Origin: an uncultured Gammaproteobacteria bacterium
GTDB lineage: Bacteria > Pseudomonadota > Gammaproteobacteria > JACCXJ01
Length of the DNA stretch: 64,000 bases
Assembly: GCA_963764725.1 (NCBI GenBank)
Contig: CAVXTM010000002.1
Coordinates: 1 to 64,000 of the forward strand
Direction: 5' to 3'
Both the position numbers and the translations under genes were made by a program. Of the stretch, positions 29,938 to 40,580 are shown in pieces. A model generated the notes under the pieces. That model was not told the origin of the DNA and did no database searches. It worked only from the letters and a program-made list of their open reading frames with translations. Position 1 is the first letter of the stretch, and the number at the start of each line of letters is the position of its first letter.

Positions 29938-32050
29938 CTAGAACGACAGGCTTAGGGTGACGCGTACCGAGCGCCGCTCGACCGGATGGAAATGGATGTC
30001 GTCCACACCTGCCGCAGGCTCCCCGGAAAGGCGCGAGGTGTAGAAATACTCGATGTCGCTGTCCTCGGAATCGAGAAGGTTGAAAATCTCGATGCCGAGG
30101 CGCAGATCATCGCGGAGCTTGTAGCCGACGTCGGCATTGAGGAGCGTGGTGGATGACGAGCGCACGCTGTCATTCTCGGTCAGAGGTCTTGGCCCGAAAT
30201 ACCGCACCCGGAGCCCGCCGAAGAAACCTTTTAGGTCGTCGATCGCGACACCGGCCGCGATCACCGTATCTACGGCGCCTGGGATATGATCTCCCGCCGG
30301 GTCATCGTCGGTGAAACGCGCCTTGGAGAAGGCGAAGTCGGCATCGAACACAAGCCAGGGCAGCGGGCGATAATAATTGGTCCACTCGACTCCATAGCGG
30401 CGGCTCGGGCGGCCGGCCTCGGTAGCACCGGCATCGCCGATGAAGAGCAGCTCCGAATCGAGGTTGAGGAGCCAGAACGACAAGGTGCTGTCGAGGTCCG
30501 GGACCAGCGCGGTGCGCAGGCCCACATCGAAACCCTCGGCCCGCACCAGCGGGGTCCACCGGCTCGCCGCTCTTGGGGTCCACCGTGATGGTAGTGCCGC
30601 GGCCGTCGTTGCTATGGAAGCCGTAGCCGAGGTTCACGTAGTACTCGGTATCGAACCAGGGACCGAAGATGAGGGAGAGCTTGGGGCTCGCGAGCCCATC
30701 GCTTGCAGTACCGGAGTTGCGCGGGTCGTCCGCATCGACATCGAAGGCGTAGAAATCACCCCGCAGGCCCGCCACGGTCCGGAACTTCGGGTGCCAATGG
30801 GTGCGGTTCTGGACGTAAGGCGAGACGCTCACCTGATCCACGTGGTCTTTCCGTGTGGTCGTGAGCCGACGGCGTTCGCGGGTGTTGAAGAGCCCGACGC
30901 TCCCGATGTCGTCATAGCGGATCTGCAAGCCCACCGTGTTCTCGATATCGAGCCCGCCCCAGGCGGGAAACCAGGAATGGTGGCCGGAAAGGCCATACAC
31001 CTGACGCCGGTCCTCCTGCTCAAACTGGTCGCCGTTGACCGGGTCGTCGAGAAAGAAGGTGAAGTTCGAGAAGAGGTTTAGCCCATAATCGATGAAATAG
31101 CCATGGACATGGGTGGCGCTGTCCGCGGTGCTTCGTCGCCATTCCCCGGAGGTGCTGTAGCGATGGGTGTGGCCGCCGTCGCTCTCATCCAAAGCACCGA
31201 AGCGCCCGATTAGCCCGCTGTCCACGGCGCGGCGCGGTATCTGATCGGTGGCGTTCCAATCCCCGCCGTACCCCATGGCGGTCAGATTGAAACCGTTGAG
31301 GCCGTCGCCCCGGCTGTAGCGCAGCACACCGTTGTATCGGCGGTAGTCATCCGGGTTGTCCCAGGGACCGTCGTTGTCGAAGACCTCGAAGGCGCCGAAC
31401 ACCTGGCCGGCCGCGAGCGCCGTCGAGCCGGCCAGGAGGCCGCGGTAGTAATCGTAGCTGCCGCCCGTGAATTGGACCAGCGCACGCGGGAGCGTATTTG
31501 CGTAGTCGATGTCGGCGGCGCCGGCCGCCGAGAAATCCCCCTCGTCGGCATAGTACGGCCCCTTGCGGTAATCGATGCCGCTGATGATCTCCGGGATCAG
31601 AAAATTCAGATCGGTGTAACCTTGGCCGTGGCCGTGGGTAGGGAAATTCACCGGGATCCCGGCGATCGAGACCGCGAAGTCCGTGCCATGGTCGAGGTTG
31701 AATCCTCGTAGGAAATACTGGTTGGCCTTGCCGGCCCCCGAGTGCTGGGTGACGATCACCCCGGGTACGGTCTCCAGGACCTCGGCGGGGCGCAAGAGCG
31801 GGCGCGACTCGATCTGCTCGGGCCCCACCCGGCCTTCGGTGGCCGAGTCGCCGATCCCGATGAGCGAATCGTAGCGCTCGGTGACCTCGATGGGCGGGAG
31901 CTGCACGGGCTCATCCCCATGGGCGGCGGTCAACGGAATGAGGCACAGGACCGACAGGCAGCCTGTGAACCACAGCGTGAGGCTCCCGCGCTGCACCAAG
32001 CCGCGGTTGTAGTCGCCCTGAAGACAAAGTGTTTTTGTAGCGTTGTACAT
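29938..32050 (-). pseudogene. TonB-dependent receptor, frameshift near 30550
   Basis: Plug QHSGAGKANQYFLRGFNLDHGTD, HGHGQGY; C-terminal ORF ends ...VTLSLSF. Confidence 0.88.
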
Positions 32051-32150
32051 GAGTGATCTCCCGGAACGGCCTACAGTCTAAGAGCCGGTCAAAAAACCGA
32101 GAACAGCTCGGTTTTTTTACGTGCGATGGGCGGTCGACTATCATGCACGT

Positions 32151-32579
32151 ATGCGTAAACCGGGAATTCGTTGGCACAGCCCCCCGCTGGGTGCGCTCGA
32201 AATCCGCGCGCTTAAGGCCGTATGGGCGTTGGTGGAGGCCGATGCGAAGGCGGTGCAGTCGGCGCTGCAAGACGAGCATGCCGTGAGTCTCAGCACGGTA
32301 CAAAGCACGCTGCAGCGCCTGTGTCGCAAGCAGTTGTTACGACGTAGTAAGATCGGTCATGCCTACTGCTACACCGCGGGCGTCAAACGCGGCGCATTGA
32401 TCGGTGACAGCATCGGCGAAGTCATCGCGTGCCTGGGGCGCGGCGAGTTGCAACCGCTGGTGTCGACTTTTATCGAGCTCGCGGATGACGCGGATCGCGA
32501 AACGCTGGATCGCCTACAACAGTGGGTGGACGCCCAGCCGCGTCGTGGCGAGGGCTCTACCGAGGAGTCGGAATCATGA
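32151..32579 (+). CDS. BlaI/MecI/CopY-family repressor
   Basis: LGALEIRALKAVW...SLSTVQSTLQRLCRKQLLRRSKIGHAYCY. Confidence 0.85.
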   Translation: MRKPGIRWHSPPLGALEIRALKAVWALVEADAKAVQSALQDEHAVSLSTVQSTLQRLCRKQLLRRSKIGHAYCYTAGVKRGALIGDSIGEVIACLGRGELQPLVSTFIELADDADRETLDRLQQWVDAQPRRGEGSTEESES

Positions 32580-33537
32580 ACGAAACCTTGGCTATTCTCC
32601 CTCTGGCGCTCGTCGCGTTTGCGCTACTTGCCTTGTTCTTGGGCGTGTTCGCCGGCACGGTGTATATCGCCGGGTACGTCCCATGATCTTGCGTTACATA
32701 CCGCATCAGCGTGCCCATATGCTGCTATGGATAGGGTCGTGGCCTATGGCTGTGGCGTTGGTCAGCACACTGCTGACTTTCCTTCCGGCGCTTGGTGCCG
32801 GATTCGTTGACCACCACTGCCATCCCTTGGAAGGATGTATGGCCCATGTCCCGGCTTTGGCCGCGAGCGATCCCGGCCGGCTCGCCGGTCTCATCGTACT
32901 GTGCGCATTGATCATCGGCCTGTTTGCCGTGCTGGTATGGTGTGCTCGGCTCCGGCGTGTGGGCGCGCGGCTGGCAGCCGGTGCCAAAACCGTGGCGGGG
33001 GCGGGCTATCGGGTAATCGATGAAATGTCTCCCATAGCCTGTTCGCTCGGCTGGTTGCGCCCGCAGGTGATTTTCTCGCGTGGGCTCCTGGGCATGACCG
33101 ATACCCGTGAACGTGCCGTGATACTGGCGCACGAATTGGCGCACGGGCGCCGTTTCGACAACCTGCGACAACTGTGGATGCTGGGCGCGACCTGGGCGTA
33201 CGGGCCGCGAGTGCGACGCCTCCTGGTGGCGGATTTGCGCGCCGCGTCGGAGCAGGCGTGTGACGCCGAGGCGGCGCGTACTGTGCGAGACCCTCGGTTG
33301 GTGGCAGCGACATTGATTCGGCTGGCACGCGCCACACCTTGCCGCCATAACCTCGCCGAATGTGGCATCGACGGTGCCGATATCGAGGCCCGTGTGCACG
33401 CGCTGTTAGTTCCGGCACACGCCGCCTTCCCCACGTTACCCTGGGCGGTGTTAGGGCTGGCCGCCAGTTCTATCTTTCTGGCGGCGAGTATTGCTCCGTT
33501 ACATCATGTCTTGGAGTGGTTGGCCAGATTCGTGTAG
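32576..33537 (+). pseudogene. M56 (BlaR1-like) metallopeptidase, frameshift near 32665
   Basis: ATGA-coupled start MNETLAIL; GTGTATATCGC carries an extra 2 nt; GWLRPQV, HELAH, EQACD. Confidence 0.8.
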
Positions 33538-33807
33538 CCTCCGGGTGGTGACGGGTTGGCGCTGCCGGTACACGGCGTCTATCGGCAACAGCCGTCTGGA
33601 GTTGGCGTCTCTGTGTCGCACCGACTGACCTTAACGACAATCGCGACGGCCGTGCGCCCAGTCCAAAGCTAGCTGCCGCGAGATGAGCTTGGCCTTCCCA
33701 ATTATTTCTGCGCGTAGCCGCGCTACAGCGGATGCCGTGAAACTCCCGCCGGCAACCATTGCTCCGGCCGGTAGCAATGTTGCCTTAGAACAGGAGTGTT
33801 ACGAATG

Positions 33808-34116
33808 TCAGGACTTGTGGGCGACTTTCGGAGGCGCAGTCTTGGAAATTGCCAGATAGTTTCCCTCTGCCTTGCTGATATTGCCACCGAGATCTCCATG
33901 AAATTCTAACTTTTCATCCCAGGTGTCGAAGCAGAAAACCTGCCCTTCGTTGTCCCAGGTACTGATCGAACACTCGCTATTTACTTGCTTGCCTTGTGCT
34001 AGGCTCATGGCATTTAAATTTCCTAACGGATATTTCACATCTTGCGGTTGCGGGTTGCACCCAGCCATCAGTGTCGCCAAGGCGACGCATGTCCCCAGTT
34101 TAATATATCTACTCAT
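33808..34116 (-). CDS. Small hypothetical lipoprotein
   Basis: RBS AAGGAG; lipobox MAGC; YHS-like GQVFCF motif. Confidence 0.65.
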   Translation of the reverse strand: MSRYIKLGTCVALATLMAGCNPQPQDVKYPLGNLNAMSLAQGKQVNSECSISTWDNEGQVFCFDTWDEKLEFHGDLGGNISKAEGNYLAISKTAPPKVAHKS

Positions 34117-34193
34117 CCCACTCGCTCCTTCCACGGTTGGTTTAGTTTGCTTTCAGCGGGAGATCTCTTGCTGTCAGCATCGAGCGCCGGGCT

Positions 34194-34430
34194 TTACGCC
34201 TTCAGGTCGGAAAGCGACGCACCATAATTGATGTGAAATACGTTGGTCCCAACCAGGAGCGCTGGGACCGATTTCACACCGGCGGATTCCGCCTCGGCAA
34301 TTCGCTCTCGGTGTTGGCCAAGATGGACGATCTCCACGTCGTACTTCTTTCTATCGATGGCTTCGGCTATCGTTTGCTCGGCAGCCACACAAACCGCACA
34401 TCCAGCATGGTAAAATACAGCTCTGTTCAT
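34194..34430 (-). CDS. Small thioredoxin/glutaredoxin-like protein
   Basis: FYHAGCAVC, GVKSVPAL; RBS AGGAG. Confidence 0.85.
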   Translation of the reverse strand: MNRAVFYHAGCAVCVAAEQTIAEAIDRKKYDVEIVHLGQHRERIAEAESAGVKSVPALLVGTNVFHINYGASLSDLKA

Positions 34431-34452
34431 ACCAGTCTCCTATAATGATTAG

Positions 34453-34530
34453 GTCAATAAGTAGTATTGACACGATACTATTAAACACCGGTCTTGACTA
34501 CTTGTCAATATAATATTGACTCGATACTAT
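34453..34530. promoter_or_regulatory. Divergent promoter with two operator-like palindromes
   Basis: TAGTATTGACACGATACTA (34462-34480) and TAATATTGACTCGATACTA (34511-34529). Confidence 0.65.
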
Positions 34531-34540
34531 ATGCGTCGAG

Positions 34541-35101
34541 ATGAGCGCGCTATTGATTCACGAATACCTAGAGCGACTAGCCGGCCTTCTGCGCCACAAC
34601 GCACGGAGGTTGGGTCTCAACTACGCATTGCAGCCCGTGCATCTCGAGGTGATGCATTACCTAGCGATCTGCAATCGCTATTCGGACACGCCGCGAGCAG
34701 TTTCCGAGTATCTCGGTTTAACGAAAGGGACCGTATCTCAGAGCTTGAAGGTCCTCGAACATAAAGGTTTGATCACGAGAATCGCTGATGAGCGCGACAA
34801 GCGCGTGGTACATCTTGGCTTGAGCACTATGGGGAAGAGGTTTTTCGCGGACTACGTACCCGCGCCGGTGCTCAATGCCGCTTGCTCTCACCTCCCGAAG
34901 CAAACACAAGCACTCATCGCCGAGTCGATGAAAAACCTGCTCCTCGCTTGCCAGCGCGCCAATGAAATGAAATCTTTTGGCCCCTGCCATACCTGTATGC
35001 ATAATCGAAGGATCAAGGGGGAGTATTTTTGTGGGCTAACCCAAGAAGCATTGAGTCGCGACGATATCAAATTGATCTGCCGGGAACATACCTACGCCTA
35101 G
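34541..35101 (+). CDS. MarR-family regulator with C-terminal Cys cluster
   Basis: YLGLTKGTVSQSLKVLE, DERDKRVV; FGPCHTCMH...C...C. Confidence 0.88.
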   Translation: MSALLIHEYLERLAGLLRHNARRLGLNYALQPVHLEVMHYLAICNRYSDTPRAVSEYLGLTKGTVSQSLKVLEHKGLITRIADERDKRVVHLGLSTMGKRFFADYVPAPVLNAACSHLPKQTQALIAESMKNLLLACQRANEMKSFGPCHTCMHNRRIKGEYFCGLTQEALSRDDIKLICREHTYA

Positions 35102-35224
35102 CGGCAAAGCCATTGGCGTTCTGCACGAAGGGGATCGGGTACTGCGTCGTCATAACACCGTGGGCCGCTGTTGGGAACTGGCTGTGTTCTCGGGACGTTT
35201 TGCGGTCAAAAAAAACTTATCCCC

Positions 35225-37063
35225 TCACCCGACCGCGACGATCGATTCGCTCAAGCGCACCTCTTGAGCACGCTTCAATTCCTTCTCCTCTTCTTCCTGC
35301 TGCAGGGCCCACATGCGCGCATAGGCGCCGCCAAGGTCGATTAGCTCGCGGTGGCTGCCGCGCTCGATGATGCGGCCCTCCTCCATGACGAGAATTTGAT
35401 CCGCGTTGACGATGGTGGACAAGCGATGGGCGATCACCAAGGTCGTGTGGTTCTGCGCCACCTGCCTGAGCTCGGCCTGGATGGTTTTCTCGGTCTTGGA
35501 GTCGAGCGCAGAGGTGGCTTCGTCGAACACCAAGATGCAGGGATTCTTCAAGACGGTGCGCGCGATGGCGACGCGCTGTTTCTCGCCGCCCGAGAGCTTG
35601 AGGCCGCGCTCTCCGACGAGCGTTTCGTATTTGTCGGGCAGCGACTCGATGAAATCGTGGATATGCGCATGCTTGGCAGCTTGAATGATTTCAGCGCGCG
35701 ACGCGCGGGGTTCACCATAGGCGATGTTGTAGTAGATGGTGTCGTTAAAGAGCACCGTATCTTGCGGCACGATACCGATGGCGCGGCGTAGACTTTTCTG
35801 CGTGATCCGGCGAATGTCCTGGTCGTCGATCAGGATGCCCCCACCGCTCACGTCGTAGTAGCGGAACAGCAAGCGCGACAGCGTCGATTTACCCGCGCCG
35901 CTCGTTCCTACTACCGCGACCTTGTGGCCGGCCGGTACTTCGAAGCTCACAGCATGCAGGATCGGGCGCCGCGGGTCATAGGCGAAATCAACACGCTCGA
36001 AACGCACGGCGCCGGGCCCGACGACGAGATCTTTGGCGCCGGGATCGTCTTGAATCTCGGCGTTGATTCCTAGTAGCCTGAACATCTTCTCCATGTCGGC
36101 GAGCGACTGCCTGATCTCGCGATACACCATACCGAGGAAGTTGAGCGGGATGTAGAGCTGGATCATCAGGGTGTTGATCAGCACCAGATCGCCGAGCGTC
36201 ATCGTATGCTGCACGACGCCATCGGCGGCCCGCAACAGGAGCAAGGTCACGCCGGTCGCGATGACCGCGCTTTGGGCGATGTTGAGGCCAGCAAGCGACG
36301 TTTGGCTGCGCACCGAAGCCTGCTCCCAGCGTTGCAGGTTATCGTCGTAACGCCGCGCTTCGAATTCCTCATTGCCGAAATACTTGACCGTCTCGTAGTT
36401 GAGCAGGCTATCGATGGCTTTGGTGTTGGCCTTGGAGTCCATCTCGTTCATCGCGCGGCGGAACTTGGTGCGCCACTCCGTGATGCTGATGGTCAGCACG
36501 ATATAAATGACCAGAGTCCCGAGCGTAATCAGCGCGAACCAGATCTCATATTGGGTGACGAGGATGAGGCCCACGAGCGTCATTTCCAGCAAGGTGGGAA
36601 CGATGCTGAAGATGAGCAAGCGCATCAGGTTTTCGATCCCGCGCGCACCGCGCTCGATATCGCGGGCCACGCCCCCGGTTTGGCGTTCCAGGTGGAAGCG
36701 CAAGCTCAGCGCGTGCAAATGCCGAAATACCTCGACCGCTAGGCGCCGGATTGCGCGCTGCGTGACGCGCGCGAAGACGACGTCTCGGAGATCGGTAAAT
36801 AGCGTGGTCGAGAACCGCAGCAATCCATAGCCGATAAGCAGAAACGCCGGCACCATCAACAGCGCCTTGGGTTGGTTCAGCCCATCGACGATCTGTTTTA
36901 GGACCAGGGGAACCGATACATTGGCAAGCTTGGCGACGATAAGGCACGAGAGCGCCAAGACTAAGCGCCCGCGGTATTCCCACAGATAAGGTAGCAATAC
37001 GCGCAACGCCTTGAGGTCGGCGGGATCGTCAGTCAACGGAGGTCGGCGGGATTCAGAACGCAT
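35225..37063 (-). CDS. Atm1/HMT1-like ABC exporter (fused permease-ATPase)
   Basis: FHLERQTGG, DSLLNYETVKYF, GTSGAGKST, LSGGEKQRVAIAR. Confidence 0.93.
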   Translation of the reverse strand: MRSESRRPPLTDDPADLKALRVLLPYLWEYRGRLVLALSCLIVAKLANVSVPLVLKQIVDGLNQPKALLMVPAFLLIGYGLLRFSTTLFTDLRDVVFARVTQRAIRRLAVEVFRHLHALSLRFHLERQTGGVARDIERGARGIENLMRLLIFSIVPTLLEMTLVGLILVTQYEIWFALITLGTLVIYIVLTISITEWRTKFRRAMNEMDSKANTKAIDSLLNYETVKYFGNEEFEARRYDDNLQRWEQASVRSQTSLAGLNIAQSAVIATGVTLLLLRAADGVVQHTMTLGDLVLINTLMIQLYIPLNFLGMVYREIRQSLADMEKMFRLLGINAEIQDDPGAKDLVVGPGAVRFERVDFAYDPRRPILHAVSFEVPAGHKVAVVGTSGAGKSTLSRLLFRYYDVSGGGILIDDQDIRRITQKSLRRAIGIVPQDTVLFNDTIYYNIAYGEPRASRAEIIQAAKHAHIHDFIESLPDKYETLVGERGLKLSGGEKQRVAIARTVLKNPCILVFDEATSALDSKTEKTIQAELRQVAQNHTTLVIAHRLSTIVNADQILVMEEGRIIERGSHRELIDLGGAYARMWALQQEEEEKELKRAQEVRLSESIVAVG

Positions 37064-37115
37064 TTGTATATAAGATCAGGTGCTGCCTGGAGCTGGCGGG
37101 GCATCCGGCTAACGG

Positions 37116-37451
37116 TCACCGGATCAAGCGCTCGATCAGCAATGAGGCGAGATCGCGCCTGCCGTCCAGTACACCGAGGACATAAACACGATCGACATCA
37201 AACCGGTAGATGATGCGCCAAGGCCGGACGATGATCTCTCGGTACGCAAACACGCTAAGTTGCTTCAACTCTGGAACAAAGCGCCCGCGTTCCGGCAAGA
37301 ACGCGAGGTTTTTCGCGGAATGTTCAAGCCGGTCGAGGACGGCAAGTGCGTTTTCGGCGCTGTCATGGGCAATGAAACGAGCGATCTCTTCAACGTCTAT
37401 GCGTGCCGTTTCCGTCCATAGAATCTCATAGCGAGGCTTTGCCGCGCTCAA
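37116..37451 (-). CDS. RelE/ParE-family toxin
   Basis: WTETARIDVEEI...LAFLPERGRFVPEL...WRIIYR. Confidence 0.85.
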   Translation of the reverse strand: MSAAKPRYEILWTETARIDVEEIARFIAHDSAENALAVLDRLEHSAKNLAFLPERGRFVPELKQLSVFAYREIIVRPWRIIYRFDVDRVYVLGVLDGRRDLASLLIERLIR

Positions 37452-37707
37452 GCTCTTTCCTCAGGCTATTGAAGAGGTCACGTTGACCGACCACTCGATT
37501 GCGGCGAATATCGGCCTCGCCTTGCACCAGGAGCTTGAGCATGAGCAATCCCTGCTCGAGCTTGCGGAAGGAGGCTATGTCGTGCACGACCGCCGTGGCC
37601 GTGCCGTTCTGGGTCAATACGATGGCCTCGCCGCTTTCCCTGATTCGGGCCAGCAGTTGGCTGGCCTCGCTCTTGAATTCGCTGAGACTGATGATGGATT
37701 CGCTCAT
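37426..37707 (-). CDS. Phd/YefM-family antitoxin
   Basis: SLSEFKSEASQLL...IVLTQNG; overlaps the toxin. Confidence 0.85.
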   Translation of the reverse strand: MSESIISLSEFKSEASQLLARIRESGEAIVLTQNGTATAVVHDIASFRKLEQGLLMLKLLVQGEADIRRNRVVGQRDLFNSLRKELERGKASL

Positions 37708-37776
37708 AGCTATCAAATGAAGTCCGAATTCAGTCAGATCCTAGACTTTTTGGCTACGGGGTTCAAGTCTCGACAG

Positions 37777-37860
37777 CTACCGGACGCGAGAGGCCTCCAG
37801 CCCGAGCACGATGCCGGCGCGACCGAGTCCGACCTCGGCGACGAGCTTCTGGAAGCCCCG
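37777..37860 (-). pseudogene. Remnant of a large serine recombinase catalytic domain
   Basis: RGFQKLVAEVGLGRAGIVLGLEASR, then a stop. Confidence 0.6.
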
Positions 37861-37943
37861 GAAATCGGAGCAAGTATACGGTGGCCCTGCCGCCGAGGAG
37901 GACATCGGTGCTCAGGCCCACGATGACATCATTGCCGCCGGTG

Positions 37944-38795
37944 TCACGAGCCCCGCGGCAACGCGTAGAACGCGACCGCATTGTCGTGGAACAGAAGGCG
38001 TTGCTCGTCCTCCGGACGCCGCGCGACGATCAGCCGCAGCGCCTCGATCCAACGCGCAAGCCCGCCGTGCAGCGTGCAGACGGGCCAGTTGCCGCCGAAC
38101 AACACGCGTCGCGGCCCGAACGCCTCGATCACGTGGTCGACGATGGGCGCGACCTCAGCCGCGGCCGCAGCGAGTGGGCCCTCGGGCACGGGCAGCCCCG
38201 AGACCTTGCAGACGGTGTTTCCGGCCCGCGCGACCACTTCGATGTCGCGCCGCCACTGGTGAAGGTCGGCCGGACCGAGCCCGACGTTGCCGCAGTGGTC
38301 GAGGACGAAGCGCGTGTCCGGACAGGCCGCCGCGAGCGCGGCGCCGTCCGCCAGCTCCGCGCTGCGCATGCACAGGTCGAAGCAGAGCCCGTTCGCGCCG
38401 AGCCAGCGCACGTCCGCGACAAAGGCGGGCTCGAGGCACAGCTTCGGGCGTGCCGATGGCACCTGAAGCACTTGACGGACGCCTTTGGCGAAGGGATCGT
38501 CCTTGAAGCGCGCTACCAGCGCGCGGAACCCGGGCGTTCCCGGGTGCCCAGGGAGGACCGCGCCCGCGAGCGGTGTGTCGGTACGGCGGCACAGCTCGAG
38601 GACGTGGTGCGCCTCGGTTGCCTGCTGCTCCACCGCGGCATCGATCTCCATGTAGACACTTCGCTCGATGCCTGTCCCGAGCGTAGCTTTGGCGTAGTCG
38701 TCGAGCGGCAAATATGCTCGATCGGCGCGCGTCCAAGGCAGGTCGAAGCGCGTTAAGTCCCAGAGGTGCTGGTGGGTGTCTACGATCGGAATCAT
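37944..38795 (-). CDS. Amidohydrolase_2-family protein (lactonase-like)
   Basis: IVDTHQHLWD, KGVRQVL, FVLDHCG, CKVSG, FGGNWPV; RBS GAGGAGG. Confidence 0.88.
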   Translation of the reverse strand: MIPIVDTHQHLWDLTRFDLPWTRADRAYLPLDDYAKATLGTGIERSVYMEIDAAVEQQATEAHHVLELCRRTDTPLAGAVLPGHPGTPGFRALVARFKDDPFAKGVRQVLQVPSARPKLCLEPAFVADVRWLGANGLCFDLCMRSAELADGAALAAACPDTRFVLDHCGNVGLGPADLHQWRRDIEVVARAGNTVCKVSGLPVPEGPLAAAAAEVAPIVDHVIEAFGPRRVLFGGNWPVCTLHGGLARWIEALRLIVARRPEDEQRLLFHDNAVAFYALPRGS

Positions 38796-38823
38796 GCGCG
38801 CCCTCTGTCCCTCCTCATCGTCT

Positions 38824-40479
38824 CTAAGCCGCCGGCCGTTGCGTGAGCTTATCGCTCGCTTCGCGCTCCGCCTCGAGGCGTTTGATGGATGCCGATAACT
38901 CCGGAAGCACATGTGCGAAGGTAAACATGTAATAGTGGTACCCCATCAAGATAAAGGGAAGTATAAAAGGCATTTGGTCGGGGCATTTGAGAATGACCTT
39001 CCAGGCGAAGGACTGGCTTGCGCGTTTGTAATGCGCCGGCAGCCGGTGAAGGATGCGATAGAAGGACCTGAGCTGGCGTAGAAAGGATCGCAGCGTCCGG
39101 CGTTTACCGGCGCCCTGCAGTAGGAAGGACACCCCCACATGCCCGAGCCACAGAGCCCTCGCTATACGTTCCCACGCGCGACCGGGATGAGGGAGGTGAC
39201 AGAGGGCCTCAAAGGCCCGTTTGAAATACTCTTCCGGCGCATAGATCGATTGCAGGATCTGGCAATGCCCTTCCAACAATCGGATCGCGGGAATCAGGGT
39301 GACGATATTGGTATAACCCGAGGCGATCGTCTGATCGTACCCTCGGCCATCTCCTGTCAGGAGACGGCCCGTCTGCTGCATGCGGGCGTAGAGCGGGGTC
39401 CCGGGTAGGGCCACCAGCGGCCCGATCATGGCGTTGGTAATTGCCGCCTGTCCGATAAACGCGATCTGGCGAGCGAAGATGTCCTCCCCATCGCTATCGA
39501 AACCGATGATGAACCCGCCGAAGACCAGTAGACCCGCGCTTTGGATCTTATGGACGCGCCCCTCGAGCGAGCCTTTCAGGTTCTGGAACTTACGGGTCTC
39601 CTTTAGACTTTCTGCCGAGGGAGACTCGATGCCGAGAAACACCCAGGTGAAGTTGGCCCTGACCATGAGATCCAAAAGCTCACCGTCTTCGGAGAGATTC
39701 ACCGAGGCCTCGGTCCCGTAGAAGAAGGGGTGCCCGTGGGCGGCGTTCCAGGCGGCCAGTTCCACCAGGAACCGCTTGACTTCCTTCTTGTTGCCGATGA
39801 AGTTGTCATCGACGATAAAGATCATCCCCCGGTATCCGGTCTCAAGGATCGCCCCCAGCTCCCGCAACACCTGAGCCGGTGTTTTGGTCCTTGGCTTGCG
39901 GCCGAACATGACGATGATGTCGCAGAACTCGCATTGAAACGGGCAACCTCGGGAGAATTGAATCGGGATGATTCCATACGCGTCGATGTTCAGGAGCTCG
40001 AAGCGGGGGACAGGGGTGCTGGAGACATCGGGCTTCTCCTCGCTGGTATACCTGTCTTTATAAATACCTCGTTCCAGATCCTCGAGGAAGGCCGGCCAGG
40101 TGATCTCGCCTTCGCTCAGCACCAGGACATCGCAATGCGGCGCGCATTCAGCCGCACAGGCCGTCGGATAGGGGCCTCCAAAGACGATCAACTTGTGTGC
40201 GGCCTTGCAGTGCTCGGCCACTTGAAAGAGCGACGGTTTCTGTGGAAGCATCGCCGAAAAACACACGATATCGGCCCAGCCGAGGTCCTCCTCCGTCAAG
40301 GCTTCGCAGTTCAAGTCCACCAGGCGGATCTCATAGTGGCTGGAGGTCAAGGCTGCGATGGTGATAAGCCCGAGCGGCGGCATCAGGGCTTGCTTGCCGA
40401 TGAGAGGAAGAAAGTACTGCATTCCCCAATAGGTCTTCGGAAATTCCGGGTAGACCATCAAAAGGTGCCGATAGCGCAT
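38824..40479 (-). CDS. B12-binding radical SAM protein (DUF4070 family)
   Basis: VYPEFPKTYW, PPLGLITIAA, GGPY, SRGCPFQCEFC, VDDNFIGN; likely start MRYRH (upstream GTG at 40584 is the alternative). Confidence 0.9.
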   Translation of the reverse strand: MRYRHLLMVYPEFPKTYWGMQYFLPLIGKQALMPPLGLITIAALTSSHYEIRLVDLNCEALTEEDLGWADIVCFSAMLPQKPSLFQVAEHCKAAHKLIVFGGPYPTACAAECAPHCDVLVLSEGEITWPAFLEDLERGIYKDRYTSEEKPDVSSTPVPRFELLNIDAYGIIPIQFSRGCPFQCEFCDIIVMFGRKPRTKTPAQVLRELGAILETGYRGMIFIVDDNFIGNKKEVKRFLVELAAWNAAHGHPFFYGTEASVNLSEDGELLDLMVRANFTWVFLGIESPSAESLKETRKFQNLKGSLEGRVHKIQSAGLLVFGGFIIGFDSDGEDIFARQIAFIGQAAITNAMIGPLVALPGTPLYARMQQTGRLLTGDGRGYDQTIASGYTNIVTLIPAIRLLEGHCQILQSIYAPEEYFKRAFEALCHLPHPGRAWERIARALWLGHVGVSFLLQGAGKRRTLRSFLRQLRSFYRILHRLPAHYKRASQSFAWKVILKCPDQMPFILPFILMGYHYYMFTFAHVLPELSASIKRLEAEREASDKLTQRPAA

Positions 40480-40498
40480 GCTCAAAGCGTCGGGGAAC

Positions 40499-40513
40499 GG
40501 GCGGCTCACCTTG
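40499..40513. repeat. 15-bp direct repeat, left copy
   Basis: GGGCGGCTCACCTTG, identical at 42937-42951. Confidence 0.85.
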
Positions 40514-40580
40514 GCCGCGGGCAACTGGAGATGATCGGCTGGAAGTACCGCAGCGCCGACGCCTCGTTCGACCAACCCGG

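Noticed and set aside
32030-32080. BlaI/CopY operator
   Set aside because: TGTA/TACA half-sites are present but not in the TACA-NN-TGTA arrangement
38824-40479. Calling the radical SAM enzyme HpnP
   Set aside because: The domain architecture is shared by a broad family and no hopanoid genes are nearby
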